Source: Candidatus Latescibacterota bacterium (GTDB taxonomy: Bacteria; Latescibacterota; UBA2968; GCA-2709665). Taken from it: a stretch of DNA of 64,000 nucleotides. How positions within the stretch are numbered: the stretch's first letter is position 1; each line of letters begins with the position of its first letter. Where the stretch lies: assembly GCA_965219995.1 (NCBI GenBank), contig CBDCOX010000002.1, forward strand, positions 2,144,001-2,208,000, given 5' to 3'. This document shows positions 48,466 through 58,510 of the stretch, in pieces. A program made the position numbers and the translations under genes. Under the pieces are notes generated by a model. It saw only the letters and a list, made by a program, of their open reading frames with translations, was not told the DNA's origin and made no database searches.

Positions 48466-50751
48466 ATGGAAAGAAACCCTTCAATCTGGCTCGCCCTGGC
48501 ATTTGTCCTGGGTGCCTGTTCCGGGGAAGAGGCCGGGGTAACGCTATCCGGCGCCGTGGCTCGCCCCGGGAAGTACGCGCACCGGACCGGGTGGGCCGTG
48601 GCCGATTACGTAAAGGCGGCCGGCGGATACACGCGGGAAGCCGTCGTGAACGAAGGAAGGTTGATCCGGGTAATTCGGGACAGCGTGACGAACGAAGAGA
48701 CGAACCGGTCGTGGTGGCCGCTGGTATCGTCGCCCCGGGTCGTCGCCGGGGACCTGATTCTCGTCCCGTTGCGGACCTACACGGTGCGGATGGATAGCGT
48801 ACGGGCGATTGAAGACCTGTCCATTCAATGGCAGGAAAGAGAATACCGGGTTCCGAGAGGCTGGATGGCAGAAGGTCGGACCAGCGCGGGCGTGATGGTT
48901 GTATCGATAATCGGCGTCGGCACGGTTTTTGGTAACGGGGACGGCGAAGCCATGGGCAGGTTTCAGTACCTCTATCTGCATCTGCATCCCGAAGTGTTTC
49001 ACGAACTTGCCTTGCCCGGGGGAAGCCCGGTGAGCAACCGGCTGGTTCTGGAGGACGCCCGCGGAGTCCACCAGAGTGTCTTCCCCCGACTGCGGCATCG
49101 CTCCGGCGAGCGGGCCGAAATGCCGCCGGAGGGGCACATGCGGGTTCTGGCGGGCGTATGGCCGAAGCCCCGAAGCAAGGCGTCGCCCGGTTCCGGCATG
49201 CGGAAACGGAAATACAAGGACGGGCGTGAGTGGACCACGTTTCCCGACGGCAGGCAACGAACGGTGTTCCCGCACGGACGCGTGGAAGTGGAATTTGCCG
49301 ACGGATCGCGCAAAACACACCACCCTGATGGCGGTGTCGAGTCAACGGATGCGGGGGGAAACGTGCGGGTCACCCATCCCGATGGAAGGATCTCAGCAAC
49401 GTTCGCCGACGGCAACCGGGAAGAGCGGCTGATCGACGGACGGATCGTGCAACATTTCAAGACCGGAACGCGGCGGACGATTTTTCCGGGCGGCACGGAG
49501 AAGACGCAATTTGCGGACGGCACCGTGCACGTCAAACGCAGAGACGGAACCGTGGAAATGTCCTTCCCCGAGGGCGCGAGCGAAACGCGGCATGCCGACG
49601 GCCGAATCACAGCGGTCACCCGCGACGGGCATCGGGTGACGATATTTCCGAACGGCCGGCGGCTGACCCGGGCCGCAGACGGGACGGTGCTCGAGGAGTT
49701 CGCGGACGGGAGGCGCGTGCAGTCGGGCCCGGACGGCGAGCGGGTGGAGGTGTTTATAGACGGGACCCGTCGAACGGCCTTGAAAAACGGCGCTACGGTT
49801 ATTGAGAAACCCGACGGCAGCCGGGTCGAGCGCCATGCGGACGGGACGATCATAGAGATTACTCCGGATGGTCGAAGGGTGCAAACCGGCGTCGACGGAA
49901 TCCGGTTGGAGACGCGTCCCGATGGGACGGAGATACAGACCGATACGGCAGGGAACCGGCTGGAGACATTTCCGGATGGTCGGCGCACACAGACGGACGT
50001 CGAAGGCAATCGCGTTGAGGAATTTCCGGACGGCATGCGGATCAAGACGTTCGCCAATGCCTACAGGTACTGGGGACCGTTACGGGACGATCTGGCGGCG
50101 GTCGACGAAACACCCGGGCAATTGGCGCCAGGAGGTCGTTTGCGTGTGTCCGGCGCCGTACATTCCGATCCGGAGGACCTGATGGCGGCGGTCTTTCGGC
50201 TTCCCGACGGAAGCGTTTTCGAAATTCCGGCCGAACGGGTAAACGGGCGTTTCTCCTGTGTGTTTCCCGAAAGCGTCTTCACCGCGCCCGGACATTACCG
50301 GCTACAGGTTCGGGCGCAACGTACCGGCGGATCCGTGGTGATGGCCGACCGGGCGCTGGTCGTGGGGAATCCGCCGCCGCTCGAGAAGATGGTGCTCGCG
50401 GTCATGCCATTTCGTGGCGCGGACGATGCCCGAGACCGGTTTAAAAAAATGGTTCACGGGGTACGCAGCCGCCTCGGATTGCCGGAACTGGATACCGACG
50501 CCCGGCTGGCCGAAATCGCCGGCGCGAAAATATGGGACGTCATGGCCAGCGGCGCCTTCGCGTCCGAGCCCGCCCACGCAGGCGAGGAAAGTTTCGCCCG
50601 GGGTCCGTCCGTTGAAGAGGTTTTTACGTTCCTGATGCTGAGCGGGGCTCACAGAAAGGGCATTCTGAATGAGGAATGGACGCGCTGGGGCGTGGCCGTA
50701 CAGCAGGATGGAGACGACGTCCTTGTGGTGATGGCTTTCGATACCGGGTAG
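48466..50751 (+). CDS. Lipoprotein with SLBB domain, TCP10/CPAP-like 9-residue beta-repeats and C-terminal CAP-like domain
   Basis: Lipobox LGA|C, V.LSGAVARPGKY...AAGG...GDLILVP (SLBB), 32 G-x8 repeats, R...GLPEL..D.RL...S.AHRK.IL...W...GVAV (CAP-like). Confidence 0.7.
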   Translation: MERNPSIWLALAFVLGACSGEEAGVTLSGAVARPGKYAHRTGWAVADYVKAAGGYTREAVVNEGRLIRVIRDSVTNEETNRSWWPLVSSPRVVAGDLILVPLRTYTVRMDSVRAIEDLSIQWQEREYRVPRGWMAEGRTSAGVMVVSIIGVGTVFGNGDGEAMGRFQYLYLHLHPEVFHELALPGGSPVSNRLVLEDARGVHQSVFPRLRHRSGERAEMPPEGHMRVLAGVWPKPRSKASPGSGMRKRKYKDGREWTTFPDGRQRTVFPHGRVEVEFADGSRKTHHPDGGVESTDAGGNVRVTHPDGRISATFADGNREERLIDGRIVQHFKTGTRRTIFPGGTEKTQFADGTVHVKRRDGTVEMSFPEGASETRHADGRITAVTRDGHRVTIFPNGRRLTRAADGTVLEEFADGRRVQSGPDGERVEVFIDGTRRTALKNGATVIEKPDGSRVERHADGTIIEITPDGRRVQTGVDGIRLETRPDGTEIQTDTAGNRLETFPDGRRTQTDVEGNRVEEFPDGMRIKTFANAYRYWGPLRDDLAAVDETPGQLAPGGRLRVSGAVHSDPEDLMAAVFRLPDGSVFEIPAERVNGRFSCVFPESVFTAPGHYRLQVRAQRTGGSVVMADRALVVGNPPPLEKMVLAVMPFRGADDARDRFKKMVHGVRSRLGLPELDTDARLAEIAGAKIWDVMASGAFASEPAHAGEESFARGPSVEEVFTFLMLSGAHRKGILNEEWTRWGVAVQQDGDDVLVVMAFDTG
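49195..50058 (+). repeat. 32 in-frame degenerate 27-nt (9 aa) repeats
   Basis: From GMRKRKYKD to GMRIKTFAN, Gly occurs every 9th residue with no indels. Units mostly end in (P/A)D. Confidence 0.9.
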
Positions 50752-50777
50752 GCCGCGTGAAACGCGGATACGGACGT

Positions 50778-50809
50778 GCAAAGGCCGCCGGATTTCCGGC
50801 GGCCTTTGC
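50778..50809. terminator. Hairpin between convergent genes, probably a bidirectional terminator
   Basis: GCAAAGGCCGCCGG-ATTT-CCGGCGGCCTTTGC perfect stem. Confidence 0.75.
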
Positions 50810-50855
50810 CATTCGAATCCATCACTACCCCAGCCATGCGACCGGTGCGGAACTG

Positions 50856-51938
50856 CTATTTGCGCCCGTATTGCAGAATGAAATCTTCCACCATCTCCCG
50901 GGCCTCGTCGTCGCTGAACTGCTCGGGCGGGGTCTTCATAAAGTAGGATGAAGGACCCATCAGTGGTCCCTTGAGGCCGTGTTCGAGGCCAAGTTTGCAG
51001 CAACGGACCGCGTCGATAACCACCCCCGCGGAATTGGGCGAATCCCAGACTTCGAGTTTCAATTCAAGATTGAGCGGAACGCCGCCGAAGGTTTCGCCTT
51101 CCATCCGGATGTGGCACCACTTCCTGTCTTCCAGCCACGGCACATGATCGCTGGGGCCGACGTGAACGTTCGCCTCGCCCAGGTCGTAGTCGAGCTGGGA
51201 CGTAACGGCGTTGGTCTTGCTGATCTTTTTGGATTCCAGCCTCGATCGTTCCAGCATGTTGTAGAAGTCGGTATTCCCGCCAAAGTTCAACTGGTAGGTG
51301 CGGGTAAGCTTAACGCCTCGTTCGCGAAAGAGCCGGGTGAGAACCCGGTGGGCGATGGTTGCCCCGACCTGCGATTTGATATCGTCTCCAATGATGGGCA
51401 GGCCGCGTTTTTCGAAGCGCTCGGGCCAGTGCCCCGCGCTCGCAATAAACACGGGCACACAGTTGACGAAACCACATCCGGCTTGAAGAACCTGCTCGAC
51501 GTACCACTTCGTGGCCTCTTCGCTGCCTACCGGCAGATAGTTGACAACGACATCGGTTCCGGTGGCTTTGAGGACCTCTGCCACGTCCACGGTACTCCCG
51601 TCGGCCTTTTCGATGACTTCGCTGAGATATCGGCCGAGACCGTCGTGGGTCATGCCGCGCTGAACGGGCACGTCCAGATGGGGAACGTCCGAAAACCTGA
51701 CCGTATTATTCGGCTCGGTGAAGATTGCCTCGCTGAGGTCCTTTCCGACCTTGTTCCGGTCGATATCGAACGCGGCGGAGAATTCAATGTCGCTGATGTG
51801 ATAGCCGCCCAGTTCGGGATGCATCAGACCGGGAATGAAGCTGTCTTCAGATGCGTCTCTGTAATACCGGACACCCTGAACGAGAGAAGATGCGCAGTTG
51901 CCGACGCCGACGATGGCAACCCGGACTTTTCTGGCCAT
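50856..51938 (-). CDS. ino1: Myo-inositol-1-phosphate synthase
   Basis: [55 protein letters not shown]. Confidence 0.96.
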   Translation of the reverse strand: MARKVRVAIVGVGNCASSLVQGVRYYRDASEDSFIPGLMHPELGGYHISDIEFSAAFDIDRNKVGKDLSEAIFTEPNNTVRFSDVPHLDVPVQRGMTHDGLGRYLSEVIEKADGSTVDVAEVLKATGTDVVVNYLPVGSEEATKWYVEQVLQAGCGFVNCVPVFIASAGHWPERFEKRGLPIIGDDIKSQVGATIAHRVLTRLFRERGVKLTRTYQLNFGGNTDFYNMLERSRLESKKISKTNAVTSQLDYDLGEANVHVGPSDHVPWLEDRKWCHIRMEGETFGGVPLNLELKLEVWDSPNSAGVVIDAVRCCKLGLEHGLKGPLMGPSSYFMKTPPEQFSDDEAREMVEDFILQYGRK

Positions 51939-52040
51939 TGGGAAACTCCTTTAAAGGGTAATGTTCTGCTGTTCTCGACATGAGCCGGCTGAAAAGATAG
52001 GTACTTTTATGTATTTGACAAATGAATAATTGCTATATTA

Positions 52041-52061
52041 TTTATAGAAAATTTCTATAAA
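52041..52061. promoter_or_regulatory. LysR-type operator palindrome
   Basis: TTTATAGAAA-A-TTTCTATAAA contains ATAG-N7-CTAT (T-N11-A). Lies just downstream of TTGACA (52015-52020), between divergent ino1 and lysR. Confidence 0.7.
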
Positions 52062-52077
52062 TGAAACACACTAAAGG

Positions 52078-52439
52078 CGGTGAGACGTAAGACGGGAGAC
52101 GTGAGATTAAGTGAGTGCTCTATGGTTTTCCTGATCGCAACGAGAAGGGTGCAAAATTCGGCACTGGTTAAGACAAAAAGCTGTATGTCAATCCAGGGTC
52201 TTGGTCGACGAGATTCAACCTCGTGTTTCGGCCCTGTACCTCATTTACTTCACGCCGTATAGTGTGATAAGGTCTTTCATCTACCGTCTACCCTCTTACG
52301 TCTCACCGGTTTTATTGCCGGTTTCATTTCTTGCCAGAGGCATAAAGGACGAACCAATCGGGCACGGACGTCATCTACCGTCTAACGTCTACCCTCTCAC
52401 CGCTTTCAGGTTTTCATTCTACCCGCTTACGTCTCACCG
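52078..52439. repeat. Heptamer repeat tracts forming inverted repeats
   Basis: CGGTGAGACGTAAG (52078-52091) is inverted as CTTACGTCTCACCG at 52295-52308 and 52426-52439. Tandem GTGAGAC/GTAAGAC/GGGAGAC units. CATCTACCGTCTA occurs twice. Confidence 0.85.
52135..52245 (+). pseudogene. Possible remnant of a four-helix-bundle (23S rRNA IVP-like) gene
   Basis: Frame reads KIRHWLRQ...LVDEIQPRVSAL, resembling the ET.HWLR...DEL.P.LNAY C-terminus of that family. No start codon, and it sits inside the heptamer inverted repeats. Confidence 0.4.
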
Positions 52440-52474
52440 GTCTTGTTGCCTGGCTGTCCCTACAGGAGGCGTTT

Positions 52475-53398
52475 ATGAACCTGCAACACCTGAAGTATTT
52501 CCTTGCGGTTGCCCGCGAGGGCAGTTTCAGCCGGGCCGCGCGAGAACTGCACGTGACGCAGCCTACCGTCAGCAGCGGCGTGGCCGACCTGGAGACGGCA
52601 CTTGGCGTGCGACTGTTCAACCGGGGCAACCGGCACGTCGGACTGACGATGGAGGGAAGGACGCTTTCGAATTACGGAATGCAGATTCAGGACCTGGTGG
52701 AGTCGACCGAAGACCGACTCAGGCGACGGGACGTTCTGCCGGGCGAAGGATTTCAGTTCGGGGCGATCGACGCCGCCGTTACCTATCTGCTGCCTGACAT
52801 TCTGAAAGCGTATATGCGGGACTTTCCCAACGTGGCGCTCTCGGTCCAGGTGGCCCCCTCACGGTACCTCGTGGACGATCTGCTACTGAACCGCTCCGAA
52901 TTCGCGGTGATTTCGTTGCCGTTCGACCATCCGAAACTGGAAACGGTTTCCATACATCGAGACTCCATGCCCCTGGTGACAGGGTCCTCACACAGGTTTT
53001 CGCAACGTTCGCCCGTGGTGCTGGAAGACGTTGCAAAGGAGCCGCTGATTCTGTTTCACGCCGACTCCGTGTCCAGAAAAATCGTAGACGAGCGGTTTGC
53101 GGAGGCGGGCGTGTCACCCGGGGTGGTTATGGAAATGCGCAGCCCCGAGGCCATGCGAAAACTGGTTGAGGCGGGCGTCGGGATCTCGTTTCTGCCTCAT
53201 CTCACGGTGCGGGATTCGCTGGAGTCCGGGGCGCTGGTGACCGTACCTGTGAAGGGCGTGCGATTCGGCCGTGAGATAGGCGTGGCCTGGCGGGAGGGGC
53301 GGTATTTCGGACCCGCGATCCGGCACCTGCTGGACGCCGTATTCGAACGGTTCGGGGTGACAGCGGACGGAATGCAGGGCGACGTGGCGGAGGTCTAG
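52475..53398 (+). CDS. LysR family transcriptional regulator
   Basis: MNLQHLKYFLAVAREGSFSRAARELHVTQPTVS HTH, LVEAGVGISFLP. AGGAGG RBS. Confidence 0.95.
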   Translation: MNLQHLKYFLAVAREGSFSRAARELHVTQPTVSSGVADLETALGVRLFNRGNRHVGLTMEGRTLSNYGMQIQDLVESTEDRLRRRDVLPGEGFQFGAIDAAVTYLLPDILKAYMRDFPNVALSVQVAPSRYLVDDLLLNRSEFAVISLPFDHPKLETVSIHRDSMPLVTGSSHRFSQRSPVVLEDVAKEPLILFHADSVSRKIVDERFAEAGVSPGVVMEMRSPEAMRKLVEAGVGISFLPHLTVRDSLESGALVTVPVKGVRFGREIGVAWREGRYFGPAIRHLLDAVFERFGVTADGMQGDVAEV

Positions 53399-54567
53399 GA
53401 TTTCTCCGTCGTTACGTCTGTCGCCTTCAGCGCCTGATCGATCAGTGGGGGCAGGTCGAGTTTCGGCTCGATTTCATGGACCGTGTTCAGATCGGCGCGT
53501 GTCTCCGGGTGTTTGGGCACGAAGACCGTACAACAGTCTTCATAGGGCTCGATTGAAATGTCGAAAGTGCCGATGCGGCGGGCAAGGTCGATGATTTCCT
53601 CTTTGTTTTCGCCGGAAAGCGGGCGCAGCACGGGAAGTGCCGTCACTTCCTCGATGGCGCGCATGTTTGACAGGGTCTGCGAGGCGACCTGACCCACGCT
53701 CTCGCCCGTGACGAGGGCCTGCGCGCCTTCCCGCTCGGCGATGGCTTCGGCTATGCGCAGCATGGCCCTGCGATAGAGGATTACGCGGTACCCGGGCGGC
53801 GCGTGGGACATTACCCGCCGCTGAATCTCTACGAACGGTACCAGATACAGCGTGGACCGGTACTGGTACCGCGTCAGCACGCGGACGAGTTCCTCGGTAT
53901 TGCGCTGCGAGCTTCGGTTGGTATACGGCTGGCTGTGAAAGTGTACGAACGAAAGCCGAACGCCGCGCTTCATTGTCTTGTATGAAGCGACCGGCGAGTC
54001 GATGCCGGAAGACAGCAAACTGACGGCCCGCTCGTTCGCGCCAACGGGAAGACCTCCGGGGCCGGGCATTTTCCCGGTGTAGATAAAGGCGCCCTGGTAG
54101 GAAACTTCGATGTGACATGTCAGGTCAGGGTCATCCAGCTTTACCTGTGCCCGGGAGAGGGCCTGGACGTGCGCGCCGACGTCGCGGTTGATCTCCTCGG
54201 ACGTGAGGGGAAAGTTCTTGTCGCCGCGACGGGCCGCGATCTTGAACGAGCCGAAGTTCTGGCGCATGACAAGCTCCCACGCCCCTGCCCGAATGTGTTC
54301 GATGGCGTTGGGAACGCGAACGGCTTCGGAGTAGTTCGCGATCCCGAACACGTCGGCCAGACGCTCCCGGATGGCCCCGGTCTCCGCGTCCGGCGCGAGT
54401 TCCAGTACAATGCGACCTGAAAGACGGCGGACGGCTCCGCGCGGCAGACCTTTCAACGCCCGTGCGATGTTCGTGAGCAGTTGCTGTTCGAACCGGCCGC
54501 GGTTCCGGCCCTTCAGACCGATTTCGTGGTAGTGGATGAGGACAACGCGTTCGGACACGGCGTCCAT
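53395..54567 (-). CDS. thiI: tRNA 4-thiouridine synthase ThiI (no rhodanese domain)
   Basis: YHEIGLKGRNR, THUMP domain, PP-loop SSGIDS, GESVGQVASQTL, EDCC. Confidence 0.94.
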   Translation of the reverse strand: MDAVSERVVLIHYHEIGLKGRNRGRFEQQLLTNIARALKGLPRGAVRRLSGRIVLELAPDAETGAIRERLADVFGIANYSEAVRVPNAIEHIRAGAWELVMRQNFGSFKIAARRGDKNFPLTSEEINRDVGAHVQALSRAQVKLDDPDLTCHIEVSYQGAFIYTGKMPGPGGLPVGANERAVSLLSSGIDSPVASYKTMKRGVRLSFVHFHSQPYTNRSSQRNTEELVRVLTRYQYRSTLYLVPFVEIQRRVMSHAPPGYRVILYRRAMLRIAEAIAEREGAQALVTGESVGQVASQTLSNMRAIEEVTALPVLRPLSGENKEEIIDLARRIGTFDISIEPYEDCCTVFVPKHPETRADLNTVHEIEPKLDLPPLIDQALKATDVTTEKS

Positions 54568-54660
54568 GGCGTCTTTCCGGTGAGTCGATCGCGGCGAAGC
54601 GGTCAGGTGATCCGGCATGCGGCACGCTGGCGCGGGTCCGGTTCGGCTTTCGGCCGGCCG

Positions 54661-55809
54661 CTACATCTCGCGAAGCATCTGGTAGAGATTGTGCAGAAAG
54701 ACCCGGTTGTCGCCGTCGACATATACCATCTCCCCCCCCATTCGGCTGAAGGACTTACAGAATCTGAGATAGTACGCCGGGTTTTCCTTCGGCGGTTCGC
54801 CTCTCGACCAGTCCCAGGTCAACGGCGACAGATCGTTGACAACGATGAACGGGCGTACAACGCGCCTGTGTTTCTGAATTCGAAGGTTGTTGGCCAGCGA
54901 AAGGGCCTTTTCGAAGACCTGCGGCGCCATGACGGCCGAGCCAACCGAGACAAACACGCCTCCGTCCAGATCGACGACACCGCGTGCGAACACCCGAAAG
55001 TCGACATCCGCGCCTCGCCCGATGGCCGCTCCGTTGGCGAGGTGGTGGTTGTGGATGATGTCGTAACCGATGCCCGGATGGACGGTAAGCGGCACGCCAG
55101 CCCGATAGGCCTGGCCCGTAACGGATAGGTCCTTGAACGGATGGTTTACCCGGCAGCGCCCATGGGGAATGTCGAAACGCAAAACGGCCTGGATCAGTTC
55201 CGCAACCGCCGGCATGAAGGGCGAATCCGCCGGTTCGTGGGCCCAATGGCGTAGCGCGGAGACCAGGTCGCTTCGATCGGGGATGTCACACCCGTTTTCC
55301 CAGATGAATTTTCCGAGGGATTCCCCGTAGCCCATGCCCTTCAGCGCGCCGGTGAGAACGGCCAGATGAATGTAGCGTCCGGTTTCCTCCCAGGTACCGA
55401 AACATCCCTGTGCGACGTTTGCCCGCACGTCTTCTTCCGATCGGCCATGAAAGGCGTATTCCCAGTCGTGAATCGTGCCGGCGCCGTTGGTGGCCAGATG
55501 GGTGATCCAGCCCGCGTCCATCATGCGGATCAACACCGGCCCCAGGCCGTTCTTGACCAGGTGCGCGCCGTATGCCAGCATCACGGAGGCGCCCCGCCGC
55601 CTGGCGCGTTGAATCTCTTCGGCGACCTGCCGGAGCCTGTCCGCCAGCGACCCGGGGTCCGGAGCGAGCGCGTCGGGGTCGACCATGATCTCGTCGATCG
55701 AGTACTTGCTGGCTCTCTCCGACAGAGGTCTGAGGACGACGTCGCGATGGTCGATCTGCGGGTAGGGCATTTCAACCGGTTTCCCTATCAGCCCGTTGAT
55801 AAAGTTCAT
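54661..55809 (-). CDS. Uncharacterised deoxyhypusine-synthase-like fold protein
   Basis: GAHLVKNGL...THLATNGA..IHDWE, TVHPGIGYDIIH, GSAVMAPQVFEKALS. Confidence 0.6.
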   Translation of the reverse strand: MNFINGLIGKPVEMPYPQIDHRDVVLRPLSERASKYSIDEIMVDPDALAPDPGSLADRLRQVAEEIQRARRRGASVMLAYGAHLVKNGLGPVLIRMMDAGWITHLATNGAGTIHDWEYAFHGRSEEDVRANVAQGCFGTWEETGRYIHLAVLTGALKGMGYGESLGKFIWENGCDIPDRSDLVSALRHWAHEPADSPFMPAVAELIQAVLRFDIPHGRCRVNHPFKDLSVTGQAYRAGVPLTVHPGIGYDIIHNHHLANGAAIGRGADVDFRVFARGVVDLDGGVFVSVGSAVMAPQVFEKALSLANNLRIQKHRRVVRPFIVVNDLSPLTWDWSRGEPPKENPAYYLRFCKSFSRMGGEMVYVDGDNRVFLHNLYQMLREM

Positions 55810-55817
55810 CCGGGCTG

Positions 55818-56243
55818 TTATTCGGCCACCCAGACCCGCTTGAGTGGGACGTCGGGGGATTTCAAGACGCCGCCGTAGATCGTCACGGCGGTGATTTTTC
55901 CGTTCTGCATCCGGCACATATGCACTTCGGTAGCATCCAGATGCTTGCCGTACATTGCTTCGGGCAGTCCGGGAAGGGGCTGGTTTACGATACCCCTGAA
56001 GAAAAACTCCACGGCGACCATGTCGCGGTCTGCAACGACATTGAGAATCTCGAGCCGCATGTCCCGCTCTTCCTCGTGACAGCCCTGCCAGAGCGCCACC
56101 AGTTTGTCCGCGCCGCGGATATCGAGTCCCCCTCCCTGCATGGTCGCGTCATCGTCGTACGTTTCACGAAGGCGCTTCCAGTCACAGGCAAAGGCGGCTT
56201 CGAGTGACTCCCGGGCAATTTGCGCATTGGATTCGACTGACAT
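55818..56243 (-). CDS. SnoaL/NTF2-like (ester cyclase family) protein
   Basis: N..IARE..EA, VVADRDMVAVE...G, RMQNGKI. Confidence 0.75.
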   Translation of the reverse strand: MSVESNAQIARESLEAAFACDWKRLRETYDDDATMQGGGLDIRGADKLVALWQGCHEEERDMRLEILNVVADRDMVAVEFFFRGIVNQPLPGLPEAMYGKHLDATEVHMCRMQNGKITAVTIYGGVLKSPDVPLKRVWVAE

Positions 56244-56282
56244 TGGCGTCTCCCTCCGTTATTTCAGATCGTGGTCGTCTCT

Positions 56283-57071
56283 CTATTCCGCGTCGTCGCC
56301 GGTTCGGTACTGTTCCAGGTTTCCCCTGTATTCAAGGCCGAGCACGTCTCGGGACCGTGCGACGTTGCACGTCCTTTCGGCCCCAGGTGTTCCCACGATG
56401 TGGAAAATGTCGAAATCGACGGTCTCGGATTCCAGGCTGAGGCGGCAGGCTTCCGCGAGGTCGTGCCGGCAGACCCAGCCCTGTCGGTAAGGACGCTCTT
56501 CCGTACCCAGTTTTTCCCTGTACCGGCCGATGCCGAGTCTGCTGTCGACAATGTAGTCCGGCCGGAGTACGATGATGCGGAGACCGAATGCGTCGTGGAA
56601 TTGCCGGCACATTTCTTCCTGAAGGCGTTTCGTGACGCCGTAAAGGCCGCCGTCGGGCCGCCTGACGTCGGCCGTGAAGAAGACCCCTTTCGGATGGGCG
56701 GTCTGACACGATCCGATATGCACGATCCGCCCGATGCCGTGCCGGCGGGCGGACTCAAGCACGTTCCAAAGGCCCTTTATATTAATGAGGAAGGGCTTCC
56801 GGTCGTCGACGCCGTGAGAACCCGGCTCGTCCGAATGGTACACGGCCATGTGCAGTACCGCGTCCATGCCCTCGACGGCACTGTGGACGGCTTCGAAATT
56901 CACGATATCTCCGTGAAGGACCTCACCGCCCGTCCATTCACCGTCGGTATTCTGCCAGGCGCGCCACGCCTCCTGGCCGTAGTCGAACGCCCGTACCCGA
57001 TGGTTCCCATCCAGAGCGGCCAACGCCGCCCGCCCGAGCCAACCGGCCGCGCCGAATACCACAATGTTCAT
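56283..57071 (-). CDS. NAD-dependent epimerase/dehydratase (uronate-dehydrogenase-like SDR)
   Basis: MNIVVFGAAGWLG Rossmann motif, YGVTK (YxxxK). Confidence 0.85.
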   Translation of the reverse strand: MNIVVFGAAGWLGRAALAALDGNHRVRAFDYGQEAWRAWQNTDGEWTGGEVLHGDIVNFEAVHSAVEGMDAVLHMAVYHSDEPGSHGVDDRKPFLINIKGLWNVLESARRHGIGRIVHIGSCQTAHPKGVFFTADVRRPDGGLYGVTKRLQEEMCRQFHDAFGLRIIVLRPDYIVDSRLGIGRYREKLGTEERPYRQGWVCRHDLAEACRLSLESETVDFDIFHIVGTPGAERTCNVARSRDVLGLEYRGNLEQYRTGDDAE

Positions 57072-57100
57072 CTTCCGGTCTCCTTCCGTGAAAACGCGTG

Positions 57101-58507
57101 TCAGGACCTTTCCCGTGCCAGTCCATACTTCCGGTAGAAGTGGCGGAACTGGTCGTAGCTCAGACTGAGCGATTCGGCCGCCCTGCGCTGGTTCCAGTTG
57201 GAATTGGACAACGCGCTCCTGAGCAACCCGAGCTCGAAAGCCTTGACCTGGGCGTCGAACCCGTCTCCCGGCGGCGCCGGATCTCCGCTGGTGATCTCCG
57301 CAGGCAAATCCGGGGGTTCGATGGACGTGCCCGTGGCCATGCACGCCGCGCGTTCCACTGCAAACTTGAGCTCGCGCACGTTCCCGGGCCATGGGTAGCC
57401 CTGCAGGTGTCGGAGGGCGCCGTCGGAGAACGGACGCATGGTGAGTCCCGGCACCTCCCGGACGATCTGCTCAACGAAGAACCCGGCAAGCGGCTGGATG
57501 TCTTCCCGCCGTTCGCGAAGCGGGGGAATGCGGATCACTTCGAAGCGGAGGCGGTCGTAAAGATCCTGACGAAAGCGGCTTTCGGCAATCTCACGTTCGA
57601 GATCGGCATTCGTGGCGGCAATGATCCGGACGTCCACGCTGGTGGACACGGCCCCGCCCACCCGTTGAATTTCCTGGTATTCGATGGCGCGAAGGACATT
57701 CTGCTGGAATTCGGGTGTGGTGTTGCCAATCTCGTCCAACAGCAGCGTACCGCCGTTGGCCGCTTCAAACCGCCCGGGACGGGCTTCAGTCGCTCCGGTG
57801 AACGCGCCTTTTTCGTGCCCGAAGAGTTCGCTTTCCAGCAGGTTGGCCGAAAGGGCCGCGCAGTTGACTTTAACGAACGGTCGATCGCTGCGTACTCCAC
57901 CATAGTGGATTGCCGCCGCCACGAGTTCCTTGCCGGTGCCGGGTTCGCCGAGCACCAGAACCGGCCGGGGGATGGAAGCAATGCGCTGGGCCTGTTGCAT
58001 GATCCTCAGCATCTGGGGACTGGCATTGACCGTCCTGTACTTCTTTCCGAATTCGTCCCGGTAGAATCGATTCTCGCGGTCCAGATCCTTCACACGGGCG
58101 TGAAGCCGCGCATTCTCTCTGAGGACGGCGAGTACCCGGTCGAGTTTCTCCAGGCTGAGTTCAAGCCGGTCCTCAATATAGAAATCCTTTTCGATAAAGT
58201 CCGATGCGCCCATGCGCAGGGCGGCTACGGCGTTCTCCACGGTACCCTTGCCAGTGAGAATGATCACCGGCATATCCGGCACGAAGTCGCGAATCTTCCG
58301 AAGGATATCCAGACCGTCCGCCTCGGCCGGTCCGAAGTCGATATCCAAAATGGCCATATCGACGTCCGAAACGTGCGCCTTCAGGTACGCGAATGCCTGA
58401 CTTCCCGTTGGAAAGGCCCGCACGATCCTGCCATCCACCTGAAGGCTTCGCGTGAGCATGGCCAGTATTTCGGGCTGGTCATCGGCGACGACGATTTGCG
58501 CTTTCAT
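57101..58507 (-). CDS. Sigma54-dependent response regulator with PspF-like AAA+ and HTH domains
   Basis: Receiver domain (ADD, ILD, T, K), [33 protein letters not shown]-terminal [18 protein letters not shown]. Confidence 0.9.
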   Translation of the reverse strand: MKAQIVVADDQPEILAMLTRSLQVDGRIVRAFPTGSQAFAYLKAHVSDVDMAILDIDFGPAEADGLDILRKIRDFVPDMPVIILTGKGTVENAVAALRMGASDFIEKDFYIEDRLELSLEKLDRVLAVLRENARLHARVKDLDRENRFYRDEFGKKYRTVNASPQMLRIMQQAQRIASIPRPVLVLGEPGTGKELVAAAIHYGGVRSDRPFVKVNCAALSANLLESELFGHEKGAFTGATEARPGRFEAANGGTLLLDEIGNTTPEFQQNVLRAIEYQEIQRVGGAVSTSVDVRIIAATNADLEREIAESRFRQDLYDRLRFEVIRIPPLRERREDIQPLAGFFVEQIVREVPGLTMRPFSDGALRHLQGYPWPGNVRELKFAVERAACMATGTSIEPPDLPAEITSGDPAPPGDGFDAQVKAFELGLLRSALSNSNWNQRRAAESLSLSYDQFRHFYRKYGLARERS

Positions 58508-58510
58508 GGT

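Noticed and set aside
49195-50058. Repeats as RHS/YD toxin repeats or a DNA-level VNTR
   Set aside because: No YD dipeptide pattern or RHS core, and the DNA units are highly diverged, so conservation is at the protein level.
52078-52439. Repeats as a CRISPR array
   Set aside because: Repeats are 7-14 nt, partly inverted and irregularly spaced, and there are no cas genes.
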